A program made the translations under genes and the position numbers. A DNA stretch of 64,000 nt, taken from Catajapyx aquilonaris. Its lineage: Eukaryota. The DNA lies in NCBI GenBank assembly GCA_000934665.2, contig JYFJ02000159.1:1-64000 (forward strand), in the 5' to 3' direction. Shown in pieces: positions 1-18,100 of the stretch. The notes under the pieces are model-generated. The model ran no database searches. It was not told the DNA's origin and was given only the letters and a program-made list of their open reading frames with translations. Position 1 is the stretch's first letter, and the number at the start of each line of letters is the position of its first letter.

Positions 1-91
1 CCTCCATGATATCCATGGAAAATGTCATGGATATCCATAATATCCATGGAAAATGTCATGGATATCCATAATATTCATATGGATATTTTGA

Positions 92-95
<4 letters not shown>
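1..95. mobile_element. Probable terminus of a non-autonomous DNA transposon with subterminal repeats (element extends off the window)
   Basis: 31-bp unit ATATCCATGGAAAATGTCATGGATATCCATA repeated at 9-39 and 40-70; region ends ...TTTTGACTGGG (reverse complement CCCAGTCAAAA, resembling CCCAG-type animal EnSpm/CMC termini). Other end not visible. Confidence 0.45.
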
Positions 96-4671
<4,576 letters not shown>

Positions 4672-5419
4672 TTTATGCAATTCAAAGTATTTTCCTGGCT
4701 CATAATGGTGTCAATCTGGCATCACATGCACTTACGGGTTTACAGCCATTACCGTGGCCTAATAGTTATTTGTTGATGATGTGGTGCTGGGTGGTCTAGC
4801 TTCATAAATGCTACAGTAATATAATTTTTAGCCACATAACCCTCCCGAAAATACTCGTGAAAATAGCATAGACCTACTCATAGGCAATAAATAATCTTAA
4901 CTTTCAAACACGCTTTGAGAGTACACTCAGCTGTTAGTAGAGGAAACTTAATATAATTACTGCATTTATGATCCTGGACCACCTAGTCTAATAGACACGG
5001 TATGGAAAATAGACTGGGACTATGTCACGAAAAGTGTTTAAAAGACTTTACTACTTCGAATTGGACTAATAATATAATAACAAGAAATAAATGCAAATGT
5101 GCCTCCAGTGAATTACTGCTTCCTGCTGTTCTCCACAAAGCATTTGTACTGTACAGTATTTTCTAAACACGACTAATTGCATTTGGCATGGATTTATACA
5201 CAATTGAGGGATTTTCAGGTTTAATGTGTAAATTACGACTTACGAGTAGAATTAAATAGTACCACAGCATAATAATAGCACCAGCACAATAATTTGTTTA
5301 TATGCCGCATATTCTTCTCTATAAATTATGATATTACTTGCCGGGCAAGTAATATCATCGAAAATGTAGCATAATTTGTCAATTTATATAATTTAGTGTG
5401 CGCTGAGCTGTGTTATTAC

Positions 5420-6006
5420 TAGAGTCCGGATTTTTAGGCACAAAAATATCCAGAAATAGGCATGAAAAAACCTCAAACAGGCACAAAAATGTTGCTTTTG
5501 TGGGCTTGTGCAGAATAATGTTACAGAAAACCAGAGCGAGACCACAAATTTTATAGGTAGGCTTATACATATAAGGTCACAAACCAGAGCAAAAATCGAA
5601 TAACAACGATAAACTGACAGAAAATCACAAAAACGTGGGCAAAGACACAAAGTGCAAGCAAGTGTCACTTGCTCTGAACTCAACTGCTTATAGCCCATTT
5701 CCACTGCTTGCACAGTATGTTAGGAAATATTTTTCTACAGTAGATTTTCATTAGTGAAACTTCTGAACTATTTTTGTCTTTTTTCAGGAGCACAGAAAAT
5801 ACTCCGCAAAAAACATGCCTCTGAAGGAATAGGCCGCAAATCGTGTAAAAACTATCCCAAAAAAAGCCAAAAAGGCATGAAAAGGCGCAAAAGGCCAGAA
5901 TAGGCAATATAGTTCCAAAAACCACGAAATCGTACACAAAATGCAAAATGCGGTTAGCTATAGTAGGCCATTTTAGGCACTAGAACACCTGCATTTTCCA
6001 CATCCT
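5420..6006. mobile_element. Degenerate DNA-transposon remnant with dispersed subterminal repeats
   Basis: ATTTTTAGGCAC-like motifs near both ends and many AGGC(A)/CAAAA motifs between; no clean TIR/TSD found. Confidence 0.3.
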
Positions 6007-6262
6007 GCACTTATGAAACGGAGAGATTTCTTCACAACACCATCCTAACTGTAAACTGTAAAGGAAGGGTGGAATTTTTGTCCCACTGCTAGTTACTACT
6101 AATTAACACTAACCACATCCACAATACTGGTAGGCCTATACTGCTAAGTTAGCAGTATTAACTAGCAGTGGCACGAAAGTCTTGACGAAAGTGCCACCCG
6201 AACTAAGCTTATATGTGTATTTATCGGTCATTTCCCTAAATATTCAGACTTTATAGTTATTA

Positions 6263-6437
6263 CAGTTGATTCCGGATATAACAGCCTCGGCTATAACAGA
6301 TTCTCGGTTATAGCATACTCAAAAGGCATGTCTATACTTCCATATATATATGGTCTATGTATTGGCTATAACAGACCTCATCTATATCAGACTGATTTCC
6401 CCGGTCCCTTCAAGTGTCTTATATCCGGAGTCTACCG
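6263..6437. mobile_element. Tc1/mariner (pogo/Tigger-like) MITE
   Basis: TA-flanked imperfect TIRs CAGTTGATTCCGGATATAA / TTATATCCGGAGTCTACCG; internal GGCTATAACAG repeats. Confidence 0.8.
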
Positions 6438-6739
6438 TAGCCTACTGTACAAGCTTAGAAAGTAATAATAGAGCACCTTTATAGGCTACAGTTTGAATTG
6501 AAGTGAATTTCAGATCTCTCTGACAATCCATAGATTTAAAAGGTTTTAATCTATGCGACAATCTTCGCCAGGTATCCATACATTTTCGTGTCCACTGCCA
6601 ATCAACTATAGGTAAGTAAGAATGAAGACATTTCAATAATTGAACCCAACAAGGAGAGCGATGACGAAAAATTGTGTATGCTGCAGCACATCACGGCACA
6701 TACAATTACTTTGCAGTGTTTGCATCACCAAGAGCTGGC

Positions 6740-6984
6740 GTGGTGGTGGGGTTTGCGTTTCTCCCGTGACCCCAAGAGCTATGCCGGCGGTAGCTTCGTC
6801 TACTGGTAGGGCCACCCATGCCGGACAGGTCTTTGGGATAGGAGACAGACTAAGAGAGATGCCAGTCTTTCCTCTCTTCTTTTTCCTCTTCGTTTCTCTC
6901 TCCATCTGTCCCACCTTTGCTTCTTCTTACAGCCAGATAGCCATAGTTGCTTTGGCTTCTTCCAAATAAACCAAACCAAACTAA
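6740..6984 (+). mobile_element. Bipartite non-autonomous retroposon (RTE-like 5' UTR head, hairpin plus (AAACC)n tail)
   Basis: Head GTGGTGGTGGGGTTTGCG...GAGCTATGCCGGCGGTAGC...GGTAGGGCCACCCATGCCGGACAGGTC...CAGACTAAGAG resembles RTE/BovB 5' UTRs; tail AATAAACCAAACCAAAC; 13-bp TSD ACCA(A/G)GAGCTGGC at 6727-6739 and 6985-6997. Confidence 0.75.
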
Positions 6985-7129
6985 ACCAGGAGCTGGCATC
7001 ACTTACAGCTAACATGCTGTATATCTACATTAAAAGGGATGTGTAAGTGCACTTTATTTTATTCGTCATTATTATACATTATGAATGATACGGCAGTGTT
7101 TTAAAATCGCACTTTCCATACATATTAGC

Positions 7130-7820
7130 AGCGATCTCTCCTCCTCTAGCCGCTCTTCCAGAATAACCATCCGCATCAACAGCGACGTGCAATTCGACCC
7201 GCCAGTGTTTCTCCCAAAAAACCGATCGTGTTCCTTTGCCTTGAACTTGACATTTTTTTCTTTCTTTCTTTCCCCCTGTGTCCTCCAAACCCTTTCTTTT
7301 TTTTCATTTTTTTATTCCCATCCTCCCTCGACCTCTCTTCCCCTCTCCACCCCCGCAGACCGCTCCTCCTTTGTCGATCTCGTCCAGGGGCAGAATCCGG
7401 CACGCGCTAGAGGGCGGGCGGGCGTCACAAGGAAGAGAAGGACGAGAGGAGAGGAGGGGGGGAAAAAAAATAAGGGAAAAGGGGGGCAGGCGTGTGTGTG
7501 ACGGGGGGGGGAGCTGTTTTTTGGCAGGGGTCCAAAATGAGGGCCTAGGCCTAGCACTCAGGGTTGTTCGGTGTTTTTTTTCTTATTTTTTTTTTTTTAA
7601 TTCTTCAGTATATGTATGCTCCAACCCCCTTTTTTGGGGGCGGGTTTTAATCCGTGTCACCAGCCCCACAGGACGTGGTGCGTCTAATATAGGTGAGGAG
7701 AAGGAAGACACCAGAAGGAATAATACCTGTTGGGAGGGTTGTGCTGCATACATCTTTTTGACAACTGGGGTATTGGCGCAGTGTTTGTTTGGTTGGATGG
7801 AAAATATTATGAGGGTAGCT
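7130..7820 (+). promoter_or_regulatory. Likely promoter / non-coding first exon region of the LRRFIP gene
   Basis: CpG-richer region with long pyrimidine and purine tracts ~1.3-2 kb upstream of the acceptor at 9118 that opens the ATG exon; boundaries not determinable. Confidence 0.4.
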
Positions 7821-9127
7821 AGCTAGCACCCAAGTGTTTTGGATTTACCTGAGCAGTGAAGTGTCGTGCTGAACTCCCTGAAAATAGTGGAGCAAAAGGA
7901 TTTGAAAGTACTGCAACTTGTGTCCGACAATTCGGATGATGTTGGTACATTCGTGAAGTCAGTAATGCTGCCAGGTAGTGCGCTGTAACTGGCAGCTGAA
8001 TGAACAATTTGATCATGTCATTCACTGAGGCATAAAAGAGTTTATTCATTCGTGCTGTGCTGCATGTGAACGCAGACTAATATTAATTTCAATTTTATCA
8101 TCATTTTATAGCGGATTCAAACAGGTATTGCTGTCACAATGGGAAAAGATGACTGTCAACAATGTTAAAGGTCTGTGACATCAGTGCTCTGGTTGAATGA
8201 ACTGTGAAATGATGTGTGGGAGGGACACTATTGCCTTTGGTGCACTTTGCTGAATTGCTGATTTGTAATGAGATGCGAGTCCATGGCACGGAGATTGGAT
8301 GAAGACACGAGCACTTGACATGCCTAGATTGTGTGAAGGTTTTTAATTAGTGGAATTTTAAAAATTACTGCAGGCTATATAAAGTCGTAACAATTTAATC
8401 ACGTTGAATATTCCTTTACCTACAAGTGTTGTGAGTTATCAATTTGCTAAAATTCTAGATGGTTTCATTTTCACTTTGAACTTTAATTATGCAGATTACT
8501 GGAAGGTTCATGTCAATTATGTATGTGAAGATTATGTAAAATCCATCTAGATATGTGATAATACTTTGGCATGTTCATTACAATTATAAGCTTCATAAGG
8601 ATGTTTGTACAACCATCAATTTAGCATTAGAAGTGCCTTTTGCATTTTTTTTCATAATATTTTTCCATGCACTACTTGACAATATTACAAACAAAAATTT
8701 AGTGGTTGAAAATGTTTCATATTTAAAATGTAAAGCCACTTTCCAATGTTGGGTGTTATACAAATGTAGTTGGAATTTTTAAATGCAATTTTAATTGCCT
8801 TGGATTATTGAATACCAAGAAATTTTATATATTGAGCCATGATTTGGCTCTGAACATTCACGCAAATTTAAATCAGAGGGAGATGATGACAACAAGCCAT
8901 TGGATTTATTTGGGTTTGGTAAAAGGGAAAGTTATGTGCAGTGACTCTTAAGAAATATACTCTCACATATTGTGGTCATGGGTCAATTGTGCTAGACTAA
9001 ATAAGTAATTATACATTCAGCCCTAAGTACTAAGCTGAGTATTTAAATCCTACATTGTGGCATTTTCACTGAATTTACCAATATGAAATTTCATTAAAGC
9101 GTGCAATTATTATTCTAGGGGACAGCC

Positions 9128-12100
9128 ATGAATTGTGAGGAAGCAAATGGTGTGGATGCTGTGGCAGTAAACGTTTCAAGTCGCAGGAGGGTCCTGAACA
9201 AGCACTACTCAGCTGAGGATCAGGCTTTGGACCAGATTGCAAAGGAGGTATGTTGACTGGTTATGCAAGATAAATACTTCGATATAACTTGAATGAAACT
9301 GATTCTATTTCATTAAAGAATAAGTTTCAATTCATTTCGTTCAAGCATTTTAGTAGCAAAATATGTACTCTGGTAGCTGCAACACTGTTGCTAATGTCAA
9401 TAGTCTTATCTAATGCAGTTGTCCTTCAAGTGATGCATGTGCATCATATCTTGACTGCATATGTTACTGCTATGATTTTCAATGTTGAGACAAGTACCAA
9501 AGGTTGAGATATAAATCAGAATAGCGTGCAATCAGATATGGTTGGTTGTACATCTGAAGTGCTAGAAAGATGGAGTAAGTGCATGGCTCATTGTATGAAT
9601 AAAAGAAGGCAAGCAGCTCAGAGCTATGGCTTTACAACTTGGCATGAAACAAAACGTGTTTATCCACAAGCGGCCAATAGGTCAAAAAACCTTGGGAATT
9701 GTTGGCCACATCTCCGTACATTACGTTACTTCCGACTGCACTTCTAGGTGCGGGACATTAATTTATGTAGTGCTGCCCCCTGGTAAAGCATTATTAGGTC
9801 AAGCTAGAACTTATTCTGGGGTGGCAGAACAGGCTATAAAATTGGCTCTAGAAAAGCGATTGGAATAGACTGGCTGGGTGCCAATTTGTGGCAGGTTCCA
9901 GGTGCTCATTCCGTAGCACCCTCATGTGAGCAAGTCTTGCACTACCTGAAGCACAGATTCTCACTGCCAGTGGCAGAGGGCACAAAGGTGCAACATGCAC
10001 GTCTGACCGGTGGAGAGAAAAAAAAAGAAGTTATTTTTATGTTGAGCAGGCATGGCGTGAAGTAGAACAACAACCAGTTGAAATGACTTTTGCAGAGTAA
10101 CAAGTGGTTAAACAGTTTGATTATTAGATAGCAGAGGATAATGACACTGCTTTATGGGACTGGTAATTACAGGGCAGTTAAGGTGCCCCAGTGGCTATGT
10201 GCCAATTGCATTGGCAAAATGTTTTTAATGAGACTGGCATTGACTGCTAATATACTCCCAGGACACTGGCTGTCACCTTGCCTTAAAATAAGTCTCCTGT
10301 TGTGTTATGCAACTATCTGGCCTTTTTTCATGTTTAATATTGGCGTTTGAAAAGGCACTTTCTGACAGTGACCTCCGGGAGGGTTTATGACTTGTGCCTA
10401 GAAAGCAGTGAAAAACTCCATTGTCTCTAGGTTGATCACTTTGGCACAGGCACAACATCTTTTGTGTCTTCGTGGCCATTCCTGTTATAACTTGGGTGAA
10501 ATGAGAATGAGCCGTATTCTAATCTTGTGTGCTACATACGCTTAAGGGCATCACTCAGTTGCATTGTGCATATCTGAAGTGGGCTGTGCTCCCATTCCCA
10601 CAACTTGGCATCAGTCTTCAAGAAGACGATTTCAGACAATTTGAGTGGGCTGCTTCTTGCTAGACTGAAGTTTTTACTCTTACCTTTATAGCATCCTCTC
10701 TTTTCATTTGGTCTGCAAGGAGCGTTGGTTTTTGTAGTGGGCTATACATTTACATTCGTCTGCCATTCTCTGATTTCACTTGTACTCACTATGTACTCAA
10801 TTATATTGCACAGTTTATGGATTTGCCTTTCCCTACTGCGTAAAAACCTTCTCAAGGTGAATATGCAGATAGTAGTGTATGACCTGTGAACTTTGATATA
10901 GTTGGGAATGCATTATTTACACACTGTTCCATATAATGTGCTGAATTAGGAGGTGCGATGAATTTGCTGCAAAGCGTGTACCTGCTACTGAATTGTGAAG
11001 CATGAATGTTCCTTGTAAATTATTATTGCATGAAGGGAATATTTTAAAAATTGGCAAATTTTATTACTCGATGAGTTTCTTTGCTAATCAGTGTCTGTTG
11101 CAGACAGATTATAAAATGAGTTCAAGCAGTCCGGTGCTTAGCATGAGACACAGGTATGCCAGGTTGGCAGACGTACACATGCAAAAAGTCATGTCAAATG
11201 GTCGGTAACTCCATGTGTATAGTACACTAACTAGTTGAAGAACTGTCGAGACACGTGTCCCCCAGCTCTCGAAATTTGGCCTCCTTCCACCAACTTGTAC
11301 CCTGTCACCAGCACCTTGGGCGTTCAATTCACATGACACTACTGAACAAACAATAGAAGCACCACTGCGACATTCTTTAAGGAAAGAAAGGAATACCACT
11401 GGCTGCGGAATTCGCTTATCTCTTGCAACATTTCTGGAAGGATTTATCGTCAGGCGCAACGCAAGTGCGGCCTTATCCGCATCAGCCTTGGGAAGCACCA
11501 CAAAAAAGTGCACATGTTTAGGCTGTGGTTGCTCGACATTCCTTGCAAGAGCTGGCATTGCGAAAACCTAAGCAGGTGCTTCGAGGGACACAGACTGTGG
11601 CACAAAACAACCGATTCTATTGAGGCAGTCTATAGTTTGAAACGCGCACTTATTACTAGTGATATATTTTGCTCTCAGAAAGTCGTAAAAATGCGAATTG
11701 GGACGTGGCCAGGATTCTGCCACACGAGCCTGAACTGCGACGGGGGAGATACGGATATTTTGCATATTTTTTTCTCTTCCCCCAGCATGTATTTCAGGAA
11801 AAGGAAGTAGTTATAACAACAAGCCAGAAATAACACCGACATAATGGCAATTCGGTAAAGGCAAACCATACATTGTCTCGAGGAATTGGGCTCCAACTAT
11901 AAGTTGCATCACACTGAACCTACAGCCTGCACTAATTTCTGGAGTACTACCATCAACTACAGAAATTAACTCGCGGAAGGGGACTACACATGTTAATTAC
12001 CACCTAAGTACAACGTTGGTCAAAAAGCAACATGTTAGTAAGACTGACGAAAAAAGAGCAGTGTTGTCATGCTGCGTGAAGCAAACAAGCCATCAACAAG

Positions 12101-15100
12101 CGTGAATTAGCATGCAGAGTGACCATGCGTGCCTTCACGTGGATGCGAGTCCGGAGGTGACCAACGTGGATGATGTTGCGGATGCTTCTGGAGGAGGTGT
12201 GTGTGTCACCAAGGATCGGACCTTGGGACTCCCTGGCAGCTGTGGCTCTTGCCAAAAAAACAAGAGCCAAGGCCTAGGGCCATTTCACGCCGATGCCAAA
12301 GGGGACGGAAAGGTGGAAAAGTGGCCAGAAGGGTGTTGAAACCTCCGAGACCGGAAACTCCAGTGAGGTGGTCAGTGAGTGAGGACCGCTCTTTGAAGAG
12401 TCTCATCTGCTTTTTTTCCTCTTTAAATTTTTCGAGGGGGAGGTGAGGAATTTGTGCTCCCCGTCTCTCCTAGTGTTGCACTTTTACCTAACCCCCCACG
12501 GCCAACTCGCGTTATTTCTGTCGAGAGAGAAGAGTGTAAAAGTGTCCCCCCAACCCCCCTGGTTTCTTCCCTACCGCCGGGCCTCCCAGTTTAGCGCACT
12601 CGTGTACGGGACTAGAGGTGTCGTACAACTTGTGGAGGATTGGTAATTAATGTGGGTGTAGAAATCAGAGGAGGATACCATGGAAGACAGTGTGGGTGGA
12701 CGTGCTTCTCCGTCGATATGGGCCAACATATACGTGAAGAACTACCGCATGGACCGGGCCCGATTCAGAGGACGACGGCCGTTGCCTCCTGACCCGGCTA
12801 CGGAGGCGGAGGCATCACGTACCCGCAGCATCACCGCCCCCATAATCCACGGGCACGGAGGCAGCAACTCCGACCTGGCCAAGTCATCAGGTTACGGCAG
12901 CTCCTCCGATCTTCCCCGGGCATCCTCCAGGACTGGGAGCAACCGAGACCTGAGCTTCGGATCGTTGGAGAAGAAGGGTCGAGCCAGGGCAGGGAGCGTG
13001 TCCGACCTGGGCAACTGGCGGTATGGCGCCGGTACTGCATCGACGACAGAGGTGAGATGGGTTATGAGCGTCGGTGCCCGTTTTGATGCGACGTGATTCG
13101 GTCAGGTGCGAAGGGCGCCGGAGCTGCGGCGTGCGGCGTCGGTGGCCCTGGGCCAGGATTCCGCGGATGTTCGGTGGCCTTATGGGTCGCTGACCAGCAC
13201 CGGCGGTACCCTGGCGTCCCAGAGGTGGGATGAGGAAGACTCGGAGGCGGATGATGTGGAGGAACCGGCCGATGGAAGGAGGAGCGGGGGAAGTGGCCGA
13301 CGTCGTCAGGTCACGCCGACATTGAAGCCAAACTTGGGTCAGTCGGATTCGCAGCAGAGGAGGAGGTCGCCTGTCTCTGTACGATGGTCCAGGGAGATAG
13401 ATTTTATGAAGAGGGAACATGCTATCGTAAGTTTATGGGCGAGCACGCACTTGAACGTTGTACGTACTGGTTTGGTATCAGGATAGGTGTGGTTGTTGGT
13501 CTGACCCGTATGTGCGTTGTTATTTCTGATAGTGGATCTGGGAGTGCGAATGTGAAACACTTGATTGTAGATTATTGAAATAGGTAGGTTATCTATAAAA
13601 TGATATAGGCTACTCATTTGTGCGCCACATTTTTGGTCATATGTACTGGTTATCAGAGAAAACCGAAATATGCTCCCCCTTGAAGTGAATGACAAGGTCA
13701 GAAAGCTACCCTGATATCACTTGGAGATTTAAATGATAAGATGGGCAGGGCGCAGGGGGCAGGTGTTTTGGATTGACACAATCTGCATTGCATAGCATCT
13801 TCAGGACTACAGTCGGTAATAGATTTTACGAGTGCATTTCCTGACCACGGTACTCATAAATACATATGGGAATTATATGCACATTATAGCGCGGATTATA
13901 GGTGTCACCGATATAAACATGCAGTGTAATATTGGGTACTCCTTAATCCGTAATAGGTGCATTACCATTTTACGGTTTCTGGAGCACCAGTATAGTAACA
14001 CCACATCGTAATTCATGCCGTACACACAATAGTAGCCTAATGTGGACTAGAAGGACGACAGATGTTCCAAACATTTACAGGAACGTGCCAGCTGCTGTGC
14101 AGCATGCTGCCCCACAGCTGAGTAATATGTACTGACAAATCATGGGGCGGCTCATAAAACTCGGTCTCGACGTAGGTGGACTTGAAAACTTGGTAACATT
14201 TGGGAGGGGAGGACCGACGAAGTGTCAAGAACTCACATGGGTACTTCCCCGAACTGACAGAAATATTCCAAAGTTTCACATGTTCCTGAATCGAAAGTCA
14301 ATTTGTCAGGGCGTGAACAGTGGGGTGTATATGTATTGTCTCACATGACTTATCTGCTATCTGGAACAGTACCGTAAAACACACGGTGCCAGTCGGGAGA
14401 AAAGTAAAGTCATAACTCGTATCAAGTCAAGGAGTCTTTCGTGGTGGTCTTAGCAGACACTTGTGTTGATTGTTTGATAGCGCCGAGTCAAACGAGCTGT
14501 GGAGGTTAGCGCGTGGCGGTGGCAATTTTGTGTCCCTGGGATTTACAAATACGACAACAGTTTCGTAGTGTCAATTATTGCACTACGCCCATACCCAGGT
14601 TATGTGCTCCGCCTGAAATCGCAATATTTTCCGGATTTCTTCCGGAGCCTTGGAGGGTAATCTTTGAGCCGTGACATTTGAGCGCCGTTTGCATAAGGTA
14701 GATTGCCACTTGGGCACACTTCCCAAGGCAATAAAGAGCTGAGAGGCCCATCGGGCATGATATAAGGCCCGAATATGGGGATGCTGTCATACACGTTAGT
14801 AGGTCTGGACCAAAAAATGTCGAATCATTTTTGGTGGTGGATCACTGCTTGAAATTGGCGATTGTGCTCATTGCGCAGGACCGTGACTCACTGCCCTAAC
14901 TGTTTGGGACTCATTAGCTACGTCACTCTGATGAGAACCCTCCTTTGTGGGTCGTGCACACAGACCGGACCGGGTGTGTATGTGACCCAATTGTTATCGG
15001 CATCGTTTGACGCTCCTCCCATTTGGTATCGCTTTTGTACCCCATCCGCCGACAGTTGTATACATTTAGCCTTGCTATTGAGACTCCTGGCAGCAGTTCA

Positions 15101-18100
15101 GACGATACCACGGGATGCAAAAGGGTGGTCAATACTCAGCGGAGGTGTTAGTCATCGTTTTTATAATGCATTTCGGCTGTCACATTGTGTAGAGACGGGC
15201 GTCTCAGGCAACACCCACGCTCCAGCACACACCGAGGGTACTCTTGGAGGTCACCTCCCAAGTGCCAGCAACCTTCTTCCTCTCAGAGTGCGGTTTGGAT
15301 TTCCGAACACGCCAGTTGGCCTCAGCTTTTTTTTCCATACCCCCCTACCCTCATCCACCTCTCTCCACCCTCCGTCTCACACTCCCAGCAAACAGAGGAG
15401 GTCACGAGCACTTGGGATTGTGGTTGCAATCGGTGTTGGTGCGCGGGGTGTGCACGGGAATACAGTGCGGCATGTGACTACCAGCAGGTGATAGCATAAT
15501 CCGCGGGTGATTAGCCGGATCTGCAGTGGTGAGGTCCAGTAGGAGTGTTGTGGCCTCAAGAATCTGCTTGTGCCTACATGTTACGTCACAGGCTGGATGC
15601 CAGTCAGGTTTTTATTGCTTCTGGAAGTGTAGGGATTTATTAGTGTAACGAACACCTTTGCAGACTCATTCCTTCAAGGATACGCACGGTTGGAAATTCT
15701 ACATTGTCACGTGGTTGGTGAACGGATGTGAAAGTGTTTGGCAAGAATCAACAACGGGATATATATAAACAACCGTCAAAGTTCCTAAGAAACTAGGGAT
15801 TCTACGAACAGGTTGGGAATTCCTGAGTGGCGATCACGATCAGCGAGAGCCGCGTTTCCAACCCTGCACCCATCAGCATCCTTGGTGCCATGAATGAAAA
15901 GAGAAACCGGTATTTTTCGGGCATTGTGACGCATCTTCCCTAGTGTCCATCGGAGGCCAGCGTTACCAACCAACCCCTGGATTTTTGCATAAGTTGGCAT
16001 CGATTCCCAGCTCTCAACAATGGCGGCCGAGAACAGCGCGGGTCGGACCACTCCGAATATGTCATCGGACGGCGACAGCTTGTGCTCGGACGAAATGGAC
16101 AGCTGGTTCGACACAGAGGAGGCTCCCGAGGGAGCGGCAGGTGCTGTGAGGAGCCCAGCAGAGGGCAGTGGAGATGATGATGGCCTGGGGGCACTCGAGG
16201 CAGCCAACAAGCAAGCGGAGGAGGGTTGTGGAGGAGAAGAAGAAGAAGAAGCGGTGGCAGACGCAAGTCTTGATCCACCGAGGCCAATGAACGGCCGGGA
16301 AGAAGAAGAGGGCACAGAAGAGGTCAGCGGTCATGTGATCGATAGCACAGTGGTGGTGATGCCTGAAGAGGACGAGGAGGACGGTCAGCCCAGGCGTAGG
16401 TTGTCCTCCGACAGCAAGGCGCGGCTGTCACGGTCCATCAGTGAGGGGGGATACCGCAGTAACGTGCAAGGAGACGATGATTGCTTCATGGACTACTTGG
16501 GAAAAGTTACGACCGCCGTAAGTTACATTTATTTCTGGGTCATGTTTCGACAGACGAACAATGGCTGTCAACTCTTTAAAAAGTGCTATTGTTTCATATC
16601 GGAAGCTCGGTACTCCACGGCATACGTGTCTACAGGATTCACCTGCATGGTATTGAACCATTATATAACGTAAATTGTGCAAATGCATATATGCAATACG
16701 AATGTCTGGGCATAATCGTATATTTTTGCTAATTGTCCATCACATAATCCAGCCCATAATGTGTTGCATCAGATGATCCGCCTGCCAACGCAATTGCTTT
16801 AGTTTGCGACGATAAAAAGTGGCGCCGTGTGTGCCTCATCAAGGTGGTACATAATTTATGCTGTCCGCCTCCGCGTTGATGTCATCGCTTGTTGGGAATG
16901 AACAGCAACGTGCGGAAGTGACACAAACGTGCATTGGAGAGTTTGAAGGAAATGGTGGGTTTTATGGTGGGGGGTAGGAGGGATTGGTTGGGCGATTGCT
17001 TGATCGGAGGTGGTAAAGGAAGGCTTCTGGTGGAGTCCTCCAAGGCCAGGAAAGGAACTTGCTGGTTTGGCCGTAGGGGACGATGCCACTCCTCTACGTG
17101 GTACCTACGTTTTTTTTAAGAGGCAGAATCCGATGACCTTTCTGATCATATGCGGGGGGAAATTCGTTGCCTCTTGCTCGCTGCATTTTTTCAAAAAGAA
17201 GAAGAAAAAAAGTAGCGTCTAAGCGAGGATGTTACAAGTGTGTTGGATGAAGGTCTGGTCGACATTCCAGCACGTAATCCGACGAAATGTTGATCGTGCC
17301 AGCCGTGTTTTTTTGAGGGACTTATTTTAGGCCTATTGTTCTTGCTGGCATTTCGTCGGACATTTACATAACATCGTAGGCAATTAACACGTTGTATTTG
17401 ACTAATTTGGCGATTTTTCTCGTGACATGCATAGCTGAGAACCGTACTGCACCTAAGTGGCGTAGTTATGAAGAGAAAAAAACTTAATTCCCTGTATATT
17501 TTATATGTGTAGAATATAATTAGAGACACGTGGATAGTCACCTATAGGTGATGACAAGGGGTTGACGAGTCTTTCAATTATGGTTAAAGAACGACCATGT
17601 GTGCATGCAAAAAAAAAAAAAAAAAAAGTTGTACATCTCGATTCCAACCATCATACGCTGTGACTTTTGGGAGTTCGCCAGCTTCCGTCCCTAGATAACT
17701 GGTGGTGAGAACTGGCAGAGCAGGAAGTGGGAAGGTCTATAGGACACAAATTTTTTTCCTGTGAATTTGATACGCCGCATTAATCTGCAGGGTGACTAGG
17801 TATGAAAATGTGCAAAGTGGAAGCATAATGATGAACTCTAGTCATGCACAGGTACACATGCCACAGATACGTGGGTGAAACGTTGTTTTTTTCCGACCTG
17901 GAGGCGACCTCATCATGTCTCGTATTTCATTTTGGAGGTAGGCAGTTGAGAACCCGAGAGATGGTTCGTGAGGTTTTTGAACCCTTTTATCCCGCGCCCG
18001 CCAGGTTCGGTAACGCGCGAACTTGTTGCTTGGGAAAACACTGTCAAAAATAATGACACTCATAGCGTGAAGCAGAACCGCTGCAGAAATGAAGGGCTGT

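Noticed and set aside
7085..7826. Overlapping ORFs of 138-182 aa
   Set aside because: Low-complexity promoter/UTR sequence; same applies to 28630-29651.
11109..11810. ORFs of 100-149 aa in LRRFIP intron
   Set aside because: No recognisable domain or splice structure; may be a decayed TE but unsupported.
12112..12339. Fourth alternative LRRFIP first exon (MQSDHAC...)
   Set aside because: A phase-0 donor exists at 12313 but is weak (GTGGAA) and there is no other support; left uncalled.
14862..15491. 209-aa ORF and nearby CTGATGAG...GGGTCG hammerhead-like string (14927)
   Set aside because: No recognisable protein features; the GAAA required for a hammerhead core is absent.
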